From assembly GCA_002269645.1 (NCBI GenBank), contig NIVC01001860.1, positions 164,990 through 228,989 of the forward strand: DNA of 64,000 bases, read 5' to 3'. The DNA is from Macrostomum lignano (taxonomy: Eukaryota). Every line of letters starts with the position of its first letter. The first letter of the stretch is position 1. The notes beneath the pieces were generated by a model. That model saw only the letters and a list, made by a program, of their open reading frames with translations, was not told the origin of the DNA and searched no databases. Positions 13,191 through 25,595 of the stretch are shown here, piece by piece. Position numbers and translations under genes: made by a program.

Positions 13191-14145
13191 CTGTGACACT
13201 CCTGTCTAACATCTGACACTCCTGTCTGACATCTGACACTCCTGTCTGACATCTGACACTCCTGTCTAACATCTGACACTCCTGTCTGACATCTGACACT
13301 CCTGTCTAACATCTGACACTCCTGTCTGACATCTGACACTCCTGTCTAACAGCTGACACTCCTGTCTGACATCTGACACTCCTGTCTAACATCTGACACT
13401 CCTGTCTAACATCTGACACTCCTGTCTGACATCTGACACTCCTGTCTAACATCTGACACTCCTGCCTGACATCTGACACTCCTGTCTGACATCTGACACT
13501 CCTGTCTGACATCTGACACTCCTGTCTGACATCTGACACTCTTGTCTAACAGCTGACACTTCTGTCTAACAGCTGACACTCCTGTCTGACATCTGACACT
13601 CCTGTCTGACATCTGACACTCCTGTCTGACATCTGACACTCTTGTCTAACAGCTGACACTCCTGTCTAACAGCTGACACTCCTGTCTGACATCTGACACT
13701 CCTGTCTAACAGCTGACACTCCTGTCTGACATCTGACACTCCTGTCTAACAGCTGACACTCCTGTCTGACATCTGACACTCCTGCCTGACATCTGACACT
13801 CCTGTCTGACATCTGACACTCCTGTCTGACATCTGACACTCCTGTCTGACATCTGACACTCTTGTCTAACAGCTGACACTCCTGTCTAACAGCTGACACT
13901 CCTGTCTGACATCTGACACTCCTGTCTGACATCTGACACTCCTGTCTGACATCTGACACTCTTGTCTAACAGCTGACACTCCTGTCTAACAGCTGACACT
14001 CCTGTCTGACATCTGACACTCCTGTCTGACATCTGACACTCCTGTCTGACATCTGACACTCTTGTCTAACAGCTGACACTCCTGTCTAACAGCTGACACT
14101 CCTGTCTGACATCTGACACTCCTGTCTAACAGCTGACACTCCTGA
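13191..14145. repeat. 20-bp minisatellite (~47 copies)
   Basis: Unit ctgacactcctgtct(g/a)aca(t/g). The same family recurs at 36794-36918. Confidence 0.97.
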
Positions 14146-14492
14146 CATCTCCGTACATCATAGAACGCCAATTTCCTTAGTTTAACAGTCCAGAATCTGC
14201 AGCAGACAGAAGTACTTTTAGCCCAATGCGCCCGCCCAGACCTATTTACGAGAGCGATGTTAAAAGTGCAAAAAATGTCCATTAGTAAAAAATTGTTGGG
14301 CAAATAGACGACAAATAACGGAGACGGAGAAAAACACAGACGTCTCACAGGAAACGCACATACAGCATAATAGGTAGCTGTGTACTCAGAAATTTATTAC
14401 AGCGCACAGTGACTTAGCCTTATGTGCTTTGTAGCAGTTTACTGTTCAAAAGAATGACGGAACAGCTTCCTAAGTCGCATGAATTCTCAAAG

Positions 14493-16320
14493 TCAGTCAA
14501 TTCGAGTTTCCATGACCTGCCCGGATGTCACCGAAGATGCGGATACTTCAGCGGCGGCGGCGGCGGCGCTGGAGGTTCCGGCGAGGATACCGACACTCGC
14601 GGCTCCGGAGGAGGAGGACAGCGGCTCCTCGGAGCGGTTGAAGGTCGTCAGGCCGACAGTGGGCGAGCCCGTGTCACCGTCAGGACCACCGAGCAGCGGC
14701 TGCAGAGGTGTGGGCAGCTGGTGAATACTTTGCTCCTACCACTCCTTTCAATCCGGAATCTGCCCCCTTCAATCCGAAATACGCCCCTTCAATCCGAAAT
14801 CCGCCCCCTTCAATCCGAAATCCGCCCTCTTCAATCTGAAATCTGCCCCCTTCAATCCGAAATCCGCCCCCTTCAATCCGAAATCCGCTCCCTTCAATCC
14901 GAAATCCGCTCCCTTCAATCCGAAATCCGCTCCCTTCAATCCGAAATCCGCTCCTTTGAATCCGAAATCCGCTCCTTTGAATCCGAAATCCACTCCCTTC
15001 AATCCGAAATCCGCTCCCTTCAATCCGAAATCCGCCTCCTTCAATCCGAAATCCGCTCCCTTCAATCCGAAATCCGCTCCCTTCAATCCGAAATCCGCCC
15101 CCTTCAATCCGAAATCCGCTTCCTTCAATCCGAAATCCGCTTCCTTCAATCCGAAATCCGCCCCATCCATGCCTCACCTGTCTGTGGTGATTGTTATTGT
15201 CGGCATGGCGCCGGCGCCCGCCGCCCCCCACGTCGTCGGCGTTTCGCGCCGCCCCGGCGCCGACATTTGCCCCGTCGGCGTCTTCAGCGTCGGCAACGGG
15301 AGCCCTGAGCTGCCCGATGTCCATGAGGTCGCGCATGGCGGAGCGAAACGGGCCGCTGAGGAAGGCGTAGAGAATTGGATTGCCGGCGCTGCTGGCGTAG
15401 GTCAGCAGGGAGGTCACGTGCGAGCTGACGATGGTCAAGTAGGTGATCGGTGCCTCGGTGGCCAGGCTGACATTCACGTGCACCCAGTACGGCAGCGAGC
15501 AGCCCAGATAGAAAATCACCACGGCAACCACCAGCAGGGTGGCCTTGCCCAGCCGGTCCTGCGATTGCGTGCTGGCCGCCGCGCTTGAGCTCTGAACCGC
15601 TTCGCCGCCGCCGTTCCGTTGAGCCCTCTTGGCCAGGTACAGGCGGTAGGCGATAAGCGAGTAGAACAGGCACAGCAGGAGGCCGGGCAGAACGCAGCCG
15701 GTCACGAACATGTAGCGCATGAAGTAGGCCGGGTGTGAGAAGAATTTGTACACAGGACTGGCCGGCCGTGAGGCCTCGTCCGAGTCAGCGTCGGATCTGG
15801 TGTCATTGAGCCGATCGTCCGAGAAGGCATCCGGCGATGTGTGCGTGCAGTGCGGCACGGTGTCGTTGAAGTACTCCACCCTGGCGCACAGGTAGGTCGG
15901 GCTGATGACCAGGGCGCCCATCAGCCAGATGGCGGCGAGGACAACGCTGGCGAAGGCTCGGGTCCTCAGTCTGGCCGACGGCGAGACCATCGCCTTGTAG
16001 CGATCGAAGCTCATGGCGGTGATGATGTAGATTGACACTGTCCAGTTGGTGTAGTTCAGCATGTAGTACACCTTGCACAGCAGCCAGCCCCAGTTCCATT
16101 GGCCCACGATGCTGGTGTACATCAGCGGAGGAATTGACAGCAGGTGAAGGCTGTCAGCCAGCGCCAGGTGCATCAGGTACAGGCTGGTCACGGAACGGCT
16201 GCTGTGCTGCTGTCGGCAGATGACGCCCATCACCAGGCAGTTCCCGACGATGCCAACAGCGAAGATCGCAGCCAGGACCGAGTTGTAGAGGATCACCGCG
16301 ATGAGAGACAGGCTCTGCAT
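14493..16320 (-). CDS. Rhodopsin-class peptide GPCR, somatostatin/allatostatin-C/opioid receptor-like; exons 16320-15178 and 14717-14493
   Basis: GN in TM1, LALAD in TM2, SFDRY (DRY), CSLPYW in TM6, NPILY in TM7. A phase-0 GT-AG intron (15177-14718) is filled with a 21-bp repeat, so the RIEGSGF tail in the ORF track is intronic. Spliced C-terminus ends ...VMETRID*. Confidence 0.9.
14750..15165. repeat. 21-bp minisatellite filling the GPCR intron
   Basis: Unit ctcccttcaatccgaaatccg, about 19 copies. Confidence 0.95.
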
Positions 16321-16499
16321 GGCTGCTGGGTGCTGAGAGAGAGAGAGGAGGGCGCGAATCTCGGCTGCAGTTGCCGGGGGAGCCGATTTTAAACAGGGAG
16401 AGAAACTGCCCGGATGGCCAATCAGATCTGACCAGCCTGGACTGATCGGCTCGCCCAGGATGGCATCTGTAAATTTAGAATTCAGCTATTTTTTGCTGC

Positions 16500-16672
16500 T
16501 CCAATGCGGAAACGTTATCTGCGACGTCGTTCTGTGACACCAGCGACTTTTGATCACACATACGAGCGCCCATACTGTACGCTCGTACGCAGACACGAAC
16601 TCAAGCACACGCTCACACAGGGTGTACCGCGGCCCTGACTGTCCAATCGTCAGGCATGTGCACTCTGTGCCA
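16500..16672 (+). repeat. Dispersed repeat family, copy 1 of 3
   Basis: Shares gtacgcag...cacac(g/a)ctcac(a/g)cagg..tgtac with 37230-37375 and 46225-46430. Confidence 0.55.
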
Positions 16673-17939
16673 TCATGGATGTGAATCTCATGGCATGAAT
16701 GCGGCCGCGCACGAAATTGAAGCTGAGTTTACTACCGAGCTGCTGTGCTGATTGGATCAATATTCATGGCAACAATCAAGTATAGATGCTGCAATTTTCA
16801 CTGCAGGTCGATTTTTAGCAATTAAATTGTCAATGCTTCATCGTCTGGACTCCCCAAATTGCAAATGAAGCTGTGCTAAAATTTATAGCCAAGTTTGACA
16901 AAAATTATTGAAGACGCAGTCTTGACCTCGCGCCTAGCTGCAGGGGGCCCCGGACATCCGGACGCAAGCAGGGAGGCGTCGCTGGCCCATTCCTAAAAAA
17001 ATGTGGCGACCACGGGCTGCCATTGTGCTCCGCGAGTCGTTAAAAGTCAGATGGGGTGCTGGTTGAGAGAGACTGCATGCTAGGCCGTAAAATGCAAACA
17101 CAACAGCCAGCAAAACTTTATAGCGGCTTGGATGTGGCTGGCTTATCCCTTATCCGGCCTGACCCCTTAGCAACCATGAGAAACTGCATGGTTATAAGAG
17201 CCCAGGTCCCCTGTTAAAGGTCAGAAGATAATACGGGTCCCTCAGAGCCTCAGATTATGCGCAGGTACACTTCTGGATTATCCAGTGCACCCAAAACATC
17301 ACAAGTCAAAAATCAAGGATGGGTTGCCGCCGCCGGAGCCGTCAGTCCAGTAACCTTAGGGTTGCCTTGACCACATGCAGGACTCTAACCCCTGGGCTAG
17401 GCTAGCGAGTCAGAGAGAAATCTCTCCAGCCATTCCTGCACCGGAATACTGGGGGTGCAGGTGTGTATAGCATCTCAGTTATCATGAGAACCATGAGAAT
17501 TCACAGTTGGGAGTTAGCGCATCAAAGGCATCTGAATGTACGGGTGAGATATTCGATAGCAAGCATCGCTTATCTGTTGCCACTCGAACGTGACTTGTGG
17601 CAGCTTCAGGTGGGTTTTAAGGGCTGCCCTATATCTCAGTGAGTACCCGTACTGTCATGTAGATTACACGATACACGTAACAAAAAATACGAAGACTAAA
17701 GCTGGAACACTATACTTCTCAGCCTGAGCATGTGTCTCAAATTTTTTGGATAATTTTGATCCATTAAATTTTCTTTGAAAATAACTTCCTCAAACCGCCT
17801 CACCTGGTCCCTAAGACTCCGACAGGAAATGGAAGGGCATGTGAAACCCCGATTGCTATTGTCGTCTCTGAAAACTCGAAAGCAACTCAACAGTGAGAAC
17901 AGCTTCATCATTGAAGCTGGCTAATTGTTTGAAATGAAC

Positions 17940-19670
17940 TGTTTAAGTAAAGCTCGAACTGATTTAAGTAAAGCTCGAACTGACTAAAGTCAACTAAACT
18001 AAACTCGATCCGACTCAACTCAAACTCGAACTGAATCAAGTGAAACTCGAACTGAATCAAGTGAAACTCGAACTGACTCAATTCAAACTCGAACTGACTC
18101 AACTCAAACTCGAACTGAATCAAGTGAAACTCGAACTGACTCAAGTGAAACTCGAACTGACTCAAGTGAAACTCGAACTGACTCAAGTGAAACTCGAACT
18201 GAATCAAGTGAAACTCGAACTGAATCAAGTGAAACTCGAACTGACTCAATTCAAACTCGAACTGACTCAACTCAAACTCGAACTGAATCAAGTGAAACTC
18301 GAACTGACTCAAGTGAAACTCGAACTGACTCAAGTGAAACTCGAACTGACTCAAGTGAAACTCGAACTGACTCAATTCAAACTCGAACTGACTCAATTCA
18401 AACTCGAACTGACTCAACTCAAACTCGAACTGAATCAAGTGAAACTCGAACTGACTCAAGTGAAACTCGAACTGACTCAAGTGAAACTCGAACTGACTCA
18501 AGTGAAACTCGAACTGACTCAAGTGAAACTCGAACTGACTCAACTCAAACTCGAACTGACTCAATTCAAACTCGAACTGACTCAACTCAAACTCGAACTG
18601 AATCAAGTGAAACTCGAACTGACTCAAGTGAAACTCGAACTGACTCAAGTGAAACTCGAACTGACTCAAGTGAAACTCGAACTGACTCAATTCAAACTCG
18701 AACTGAATCAAGTGAAACTCGAACTGAATCAAGTGAAACTCGAACTGACTCAATTCAAACTCGAACTGACTCAACTCAAACTCGAACTGAATCAAGTGAA
18801 ACTCGAACTGACTCAAGTGAAACTCGAACTGACTCAAGTGAAACTCGAACTGACTCAAGTGAAACTCGAACTGACTCAATTCAAACTCGAACTGAATCAA
18901 GTGAAACTCGAACTGAATCAAGTGAAACTCGAACTGACTCAATTCAAACTCGAACTGACTCAACTCAAACTCGAACTGAATCAAGTGAAACTCGAACTGA
19001 CTCAAGTGAAACTCGAACTGACTCAAGTGAAACTCGAACTGACTCAATTCAAACTCGAACTGAATCAAGTGAAACTCGAACTGAATCAAGTGAAACTCGA
19101 ACTGACTCAATTCAAACTCGAACTGACTCAACTCAAACTCGAACTGAATCAAGTGAAACTCGAACTGACTCAAGTGAAACTCGAACTGAATCAAGTGAAA
19201 CTCGAACTGAATCAAGTGAAACTCGAACTGAATCAAGTGAAACTCGAACTGACTCAAGTGAAACTCGAACTGACTCAAGTGAAACTCGAACTGAATCAAG
19301 TGAAACTCGAACTGAATCAAGTGAAACTCGAACTGACTCAAGTGAAACTCGAACTGACTCAAGTGAAACTCGAACTGAATCAAGTGAAACTCGAACTGAA
19401 TCAAGTGAAACTCGAACTGAATCAAGTGAAACTCGAACTGAATCAAGTGAAACTCGAACTGAATCAAGTGAAACTCGAACTGAATCAAGTAAAACTCGAA
19501 CTGACTCAAGTGAAACTCGAACTGAATCAAGTGAAACTCGAACTGACTCAAGTGAAACTCGAACTGAATCAAGTGAAACTCGAACTGACTCAAGTGAAAC
19601 TCGAACTGAATCAAGTGAAACTCGAACTGAATCAAATGAAACTCGAACTGAATCAAGTGAAACTCGAACA
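17940..19670. repeat. 21-bp minisatellite (~80 copies), stop-free on both strands
   Basis: Unit aaactcgaactga(c/a)tcaa(gtg/ttc/ctc). Reads KLELTQV on + and FEFHLSQ on -. Confidence 0.97.
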
Positions 19671-20065
19671 GACCCAAAACCTCGAAGTACTTCATGCCAT
19701 TTCGGAATGAAAAAGTCACTTTAAAACAATTCAAAAAGATGATTATAACGAACAAGTATCGCTGTTCAAGCTCGGTCTAAATAGAAATGGTTATTTCTGC
19801 TTTGCTAAAATTTACTTCAACATGTTACAGGTCTCAAGGAAGCAAAGCATGCATCATTTTTACTATACTACTTATAACTCGTAGAGGCAGTAATATGCAG
19901 AGTTAGCAGCCAAAGAAGACGGTGAGAAAGCATTGACAGCATCAGCACCTCTTGCAGTCGAACAAATTCAAATAAAACCATGAAGACTGAACAGGAAAAC
20001 TAAGAAAATGTAAAATGCAAACTCAAAAAACGCATTTCAAGTCACCCAGCACACCAGGGCAAACC

Positions 20066-23000
20066 CTAGGATGAGCCGGCCCCGGCCGACAGCTGCTGGT
20101 TGACAGACTCCAGGCGTTTCAACACGGAACCGTAGCTGAACTTGGCCTGGCCTGGGTTGAACGGGTCTCGCATCGGCTTGCCGTCTCGGTTGATGTGGCG
20201 CCTGCACAGGTCTGTGTAGTACTGGTAGTGCTGCCCGAAAGCGTTGCGCATCTCCTGGAGGGACAGGGCAGTTCGGTGTGAGTCAAGATCCCAATCCCTG
20301 ATCCCATTCTGAAATCCCAATCCCTGATCCCATGCTAAAATCCCAATCCCTGACCCCATGCTGAAATCCCAATCCCTGACCCCATGCTGAAATCCCAATC
20401 CCTGACCCCATGCTGAAATCCCAATCCCTGACCCCATGCTGAAATCCCAATCCCTGACCCCATGCTGAAATCCCAATCCATGATACCATTCTGAAATCCC
20501 AATCCCTGACCCCATGCTGAAATCCCAATCCCTGACCCCATGCTGAAATCCCAATCCATGATACCATTCTGAAATTCCAATCCCTGATCCAATGCTGAAA
20601 CCCCAATCCCTGGTCCCATTCTGAAATCCCAATCCCTGACCCCACACTGAAATCCCAATCCCTGACCCCATGCTGAAATCCCAATCCCTGATCCCATTCT
20701 GAAATCCCAATCCCTGACCCCATGCTGAAATCCCAATCCCTGACCCCATGCTGAAATCCCAATCCCTGACCCCATGCTGAAATCCCAATCCCTGACCCCA
20801 TGCTGAAATCCCAATCTCTGACCCCATGCTGAAATCCCAATCCCTGACCCCATGCTGAAATCCCAATCTCTGATCCCATGCTGAAATCCCAATCCCTGAC
20901 CCCATGCTGAAATCCATGACGCCAACCGGAGAGACGGCTCAGCGTGCTTGGCTACGCCGATGACCTCGCCCTGCTGTCCTCGACCGTCGAGGGCGCCCAA
21001 CGACAGCTGGATAGGCTGGTTGCCGTTGCGGCGAGCGTCGGCCTGGTGGTCAACACGCAGAAGACCGTTGTGCTCTGCGTGCCGGACGACATCGAGACTA
21101 CAATCTTCTGCCGAGGCGCTGACGGACAGGCGAGTGAGCTTCCAAGATGTCAGCAGTTCGTCTACCTTGGCGGTCTGGTTCCCAACGTCCGCGAGGATCT
21201 GCGGCTTCGCCGAGGACTTGCCTGGGCTGCCTTTCGTTCTATAAGGTCAGTCCTGCAGTCCGAGGCCCTACCGGACCGCCAGAGGGCGGCGCTGTTCCAG
21301 GCGGTGATCGAGACCGTCCTGTTATACAACGCCGAGACCTGGACGCTGACAGACTCGCTCGAGGCTCAAGTCGACGCGGCACACGCTGGCCTGCTGCGCG
21401 CCGCCTTCAAGATCGGCAACGAGCGAGTCACCAACACGGCGCTCTATCATCGCGCCGGCCTGGCCCGTCCTAGCGATCTGCTGCGCCGTCGGCGACTCCA
21501 GCTGGCAGGCCACGTCATCCGCGCCGAGGCCTACTGTCCGGAGCCGGTGCAGGAGGTGCTGCTACTTACGTTGCAGGCACCCTACCGGCGGGGACAGGCG
21601 AGGACTCGGCGCTACATCGACTGTCTGCTGGCTGACGCCGGCGCCCCGGACTCTGCCGGCGGTGCGGCCTTTGTTCGCGCCCAAGCTTCGAAGCGCGCCA
21701 TCTGACGCTGCTTTTGCGAACTGGCAGCGTACTCTGTTGTTGTTTGAAATCCCAATCCCTGACCCCATGCTGAAATCCCAATCCATGATACCATTCTGAA
21801 ATCCCAATCCCTGATCCCATGCTGAAACCCCAATCACTGACCCCACTCTGAAATCCCAATCCCTGATCCCATGCTGAAACCCTAATCACTGACCCCATGC
21901 TGAAATCCCAATCCCTGACCCCATGATGAAATCCCAATCCCTGACCCCATGCTGAAACCCCAATCCCTGACCCCATGATGAAATCCCAATCCCTGACTCC
22001 ATGATGAAATCCCAATCCCTGACCCCATGCTGAAATCCCAATCCATGATACCATTCTGAAATCCCATCCCTGACCCTATTGCAGCGCATGGCTTAAGTAC
22101 GCCAGACGCCTACACAACCTGCGCCACGCTGTGAAATGACTTACCTATGAAAGAAACTCTAAAGCAAAATTAACGCAGTTTTGGGTAAACGGCAGGAGTA
22201 ACTATGACTGTCTTATCAAGCCTAAATGCCTCGGCATCTAATTAGTACCGCGCCGCGCCGTACTAATCGCCGCGCGCCGTACGCGCCGCGCCGCGCCGTA
22301 TTAGATCCGCGCCGGACGCCGTCCGCCAAAATGCCCATGCGCTGCAATCAGGATCCCTGATCCCACTCTGAAATCCCAATCCCTGATTCCATGCTGAAAC
22401 CCTAATCACTGATCCCGTTCTGAAACCCCCATCCCGGAATGCCATCAGCCACCTGTCTGAGCAACTGCGGCATGGGCACCCGGCCTTCCATCATCTCGCA
22501 GACGGCCACGCGAAGAGTCTCATGCTGCACAATGTCGTTATACTCGTCGCACTTCTTGACGCTGGCGCTAGCGAAGCCGGGCTCGTTTCGGTAGGGCTTT
22601 TCGTTCATCAGCGACTGCACAGAGAGCAGGACGGAGCGGAGGCCCATAGCCGGCGTCCAGCAGGGGCCCACCCAGGTGCCCAAGATGCTCAGGCAAACTT
22701 TGCCGTTCTTGTACAGGTTCGGGTTGAAGCGCACCTGTGCGACGGAGTACAGGTGTTTCAACAGTGTTACAAAAAAAATTCCAGAAGCTCAGGAACCTAC
22801 CGGAAATTTGCATAAACTTTCCGGGGAACTCGAAGCTTGAAGATGATTAAATTCAGAGATCATGAAACTTGAGGCTATGAACTGTGGGATCGAATGAGTT
22901 TGGGGATCATTAATATCAGGGATTAATGAGTTTGGGTCATTAATGTCAGGGATTAATGAGTTTGGGTCATTAATGTCAGGGATTAATGAGTTTTGGATCA

Positions 23001-25042
23001 TTAATGTCAGGGATTAATGAGTTTGGGATCATTAATGTCAGGGATTAATGAGTTTGGGGATCATTAATGTCAGGGATTAATGAGTTTGGGATCATTAATG
23101 TCAGAGATTAATGAGTTTGGGATCATTAATGTCAGGGATTAATGAGTTTGGGGATCATTAACGTCAGGGATTAATGAGTTTGGGATCATTAATGTCAGGG
23201 ATTAATGAGTTTGGGTCATTAATGTCAGGGATTAATGAGTTTGGGTCATTAATGTCAGGGATTAATGAGTTTGGGTCATTAATGTCAGGGATTAATGAGT
23301 TCGGGGATTAATGAGTTGGGGATCATTAATGTCAGGGATTAATGAGTTTGGGGATCATTAACGTCAGGGATTAATGAGTTTGGGATCATTAATGTCAGGG
23401 ATTAATGAGTTCGGGGATTAATGAGTTTGGGGATCATTAACGTCAGGGATTAATGAGTTTGGGGATCATTAATGTCAGGGATTAATGAGTTTGGGATCAT
23501 TAATGTCAAGGATTAATGAGTTTGGGATCATAAATGTCAGGGATTAATGAGTTTGGGATCATTAATGTCAGGGATTAATGAGTTCAGGGATTATTAATGT
23601 CAGGGATTAATGAGTTTGGGATCATTAATGTCAAGGATTAATGAGTTTGGGATCATAAATGTCAGGGATTAATGAGTTTGGGATCATTAATGTCAGGGAT
23701 TAATGAGTTCGGGGATCATTAATGTCAGGGATGAATGAGTTCGGGGATCATTAATGTCAGGGACTAATGAGTTTGGGGATCATTAATGTCAGGGACTAAT
23801 GAGTTCGGGGATCATTAATGTCAGGGATGAATGAGTTCGGGGATCATTAATGTCAGGGACTAATGAGTTTGGGATCATTAATGTCAGGGACTAATGAGTT
23901 TGGGGATCATTAACGTCAGGGATTAATGAGTTTGGGATCATAAATGTCAGGGATTAATGAGTTTGGGGATCATTAATGTCAGGGATGAATGAGTTTGGGA
24001 TCATTAATGTCAGGGATTAATGAGTTTGGGATCATTAATGTCAGGGATTAATGAGTTTGGGATCATTAATGTCAGGGATTAATGAGTTTGGGGATCATTA
24101 ATGTCAGGGATGAATGAGTTTGGGATCATTAATGTCAGGGATTAATGAGTTTGGGATCATTAATGTCAGGGATTAATGAGTTTGGGATCATTAATGTCAG
24201 GGATTAATGAGTTTGGGGATCATTAACGTCAGGGATTAATGAGTTTGGGATCATTAATGTCAGGGATTAATGAGTTTGGGGATCATTAACGTCAGGGATT
24301 AATGAGTTTGGGGACCATTAATGTCAGGGACTGAGGTTGGGGATCATTAATGTCAGGGATTAATGAGTTCGGGGATCATTAATGTCAGGGATTGTTGAGT
24401 CTGGGGATCATTAATGTCAGGGACTAATGAGTTCGGGGATTGGTGAGTTTGGGGATTGTTGAGTTTGGGGATCATTAGTGTCAGGGATTAATGAGTTCGG
24501 GGATTAATGAGATTGGGGATCATTAGTGTCAGGGATTAATGAGTTCGGGGATTATTGAGTGTGGGGATCATTAACATAAGCATCAATAAGTTTGATTTGG
24601 ATCAATAAAGTTTTAAATTGCAAGAGGAAATCAAAAAGAGTTCGAAAGGTCGCTGAGCTGGGCTCACCTGCCCGCTCCCAGTGGTCATGAGCTGGGCCTT
24701 GGGCGGCTGCATGGGATACTGCTCGGTGACTCGCAGCACGAGATAAAAGAAGCCACCCTGATATGGCGTGCCGCTGGGGCCGATGAGCAGGGCGTGCACC
24801 CTGCCCAGATCGTCTTCATCCTGCACAGCTGCTATGCCAGGCAGTGGGTTAGTGACCAGGTCCAGCAGTTCCCTGGTCACCCGCGACAGGCACGTGGGTG
24901 GCAGTGGGCTGGTGTACCCATTGGGGCTCCAGTCCTCAGCCCTGCTGTAGGAACTGGCTGGCCCGGGGCCATGCTTGAATGGCAAATGGGCCGCCTTCTT
25001 GGCTTGCTTGGCTAGCGGCTGCCCATCATCACTAGAGGCCAT
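20066..25042 (-). CDS. UBE2Z: Ubiquitin-conjugating enzyme E2 Z (USE1)-like, 281 aa; exons 25042-24668, 22734-22453, 20254-20066
   Basis: [17 protein letters not shown]; TTGSGQ|[21 protein letters not shown] with catalytic Cys; [12 protein letters not shown]; [11 protein letters not shown]; MRDPF. Both introns are phase 0, GT-AG. Confidence 0.93.
20916..21744 (+). mobile_element. 5'-truncated RTE-like non-LTR retrotransposon (RT C-terminal part)
   Basis: YADD motif ([10 protein letters not shown]), [14 protein letters not shown] and [11 protein letters not shown] in an open frame to 21705. (GTT)n tail. Flanked by tgaaatcc at 20908-20915 and 21745-21752; this putative TSD is also part of the host repeat unit. 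Confidence 0.88.
22078..22348. mobile_element. 271-bp insert with 14-bp terminal inverted repeats carrying a 28S rRNA fragment
   Basis: ATTGCAGCGCATGG (22078-22091) and CCATGCGCTGCAAT (22335-22348) are exact reverse complements. The insert interrupts the 26-bp minisatellite. Confidence 0.6.
22183..22246 (+). pseudogene. 64-nt degenerate 28S (LSU) rRNA fragment, helix 69-71 region (R2/I-PpoI target)
   Basis: GGGTAAACGGCAGGAGTAACTATGACTGTCTTATCAAGCCTAAATGCCTCGGCATCTAATTAGT versus the conserved eukaryotic GGGTAAACGGCGGGAGTAACTATGACTCTCTTAAGGTAGCCAAATGCCTCGTCATCTAATTAGT (recalled). Confidence 0.85.
22900..24575. repeat. 29-30-bp minisatellite filling UBE2Z intron 1
   Basis: Unit gggatcattaatgtcagggattaatgagttt, more than 50 copies. 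Confidence 0.97.
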
Positions 25043-25595
25043 GGCTCAGCAGCCAGTGAAGTGAAATAATAAGACAAAACATAACCTGTGACAAGAGACT
25101 TTGTTTTTCATTTCAATTGCATCTAGCAACTTAAAATTGCCAGTAGAATTATTTTGTAGATTATTAGATTCTACATACATATTGATCACTTTTAGTGAAA
25201 AAACCTATCAATATAAAACTTCACCTCTTGATATTTGATGTGATGCTAACTTGACATATGCAAAAAATATTATTATTTACCAATTTGTAACCTGGTTTAT
25301 CCATGATACTTTTCAACATGATTAATTATTTTAAATGCATTTTTATCTCATAGCACTTATGAATTTAAATCTTGAATTAATTCTTAATATTAAAAATTTA
25401 AAAAAATTATTTTTTCCTTGCAAAACACTAGGATTAAAGATTCTATCTAGTTTTTATTATTTTTTAAAGCATTTTTGAATATCAAAATGGTTGGCCAGGT
25501 GATAGATACTAGTTGAAAGACACTGCTTACTGGGGCAAATGGGTGGCAATGTTGCTGAGTATATATACTATAATAAATTAAAAAAGTAATACAAG

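Larger units (their letters stand above)
20285..22430. repeat. 26-bp minisatellite in UBE2Z intron 2, interrupted by two insertions
   Basis: Unit tgaaatcccaatccctgaccccatgc. Interrupted at 20916-21744 and 22078-22348. Confidence 0.95.

Noticed and set aside
17696-17930. Possible coding exon beside the 21-bp array (ORF MMKLFSLL...)
   Set aside because: AT-rich, no recognisable homology and no consistent splice partners.
22084-22095. Minus-strand match TTAAGCCATGC to the 18S rRNA 5' region
   Set aside because: Only 11 nt and mostly within the terminal inverted repeat; compatible with chance.
22735-24667. CAG|GTG at both ends of UBE2Z intron 1 as an Introner-type TSD
   Set aside because: AG|GT is the ordinary proto-splice consensus, and there are no shared intron sequences or TIRs.
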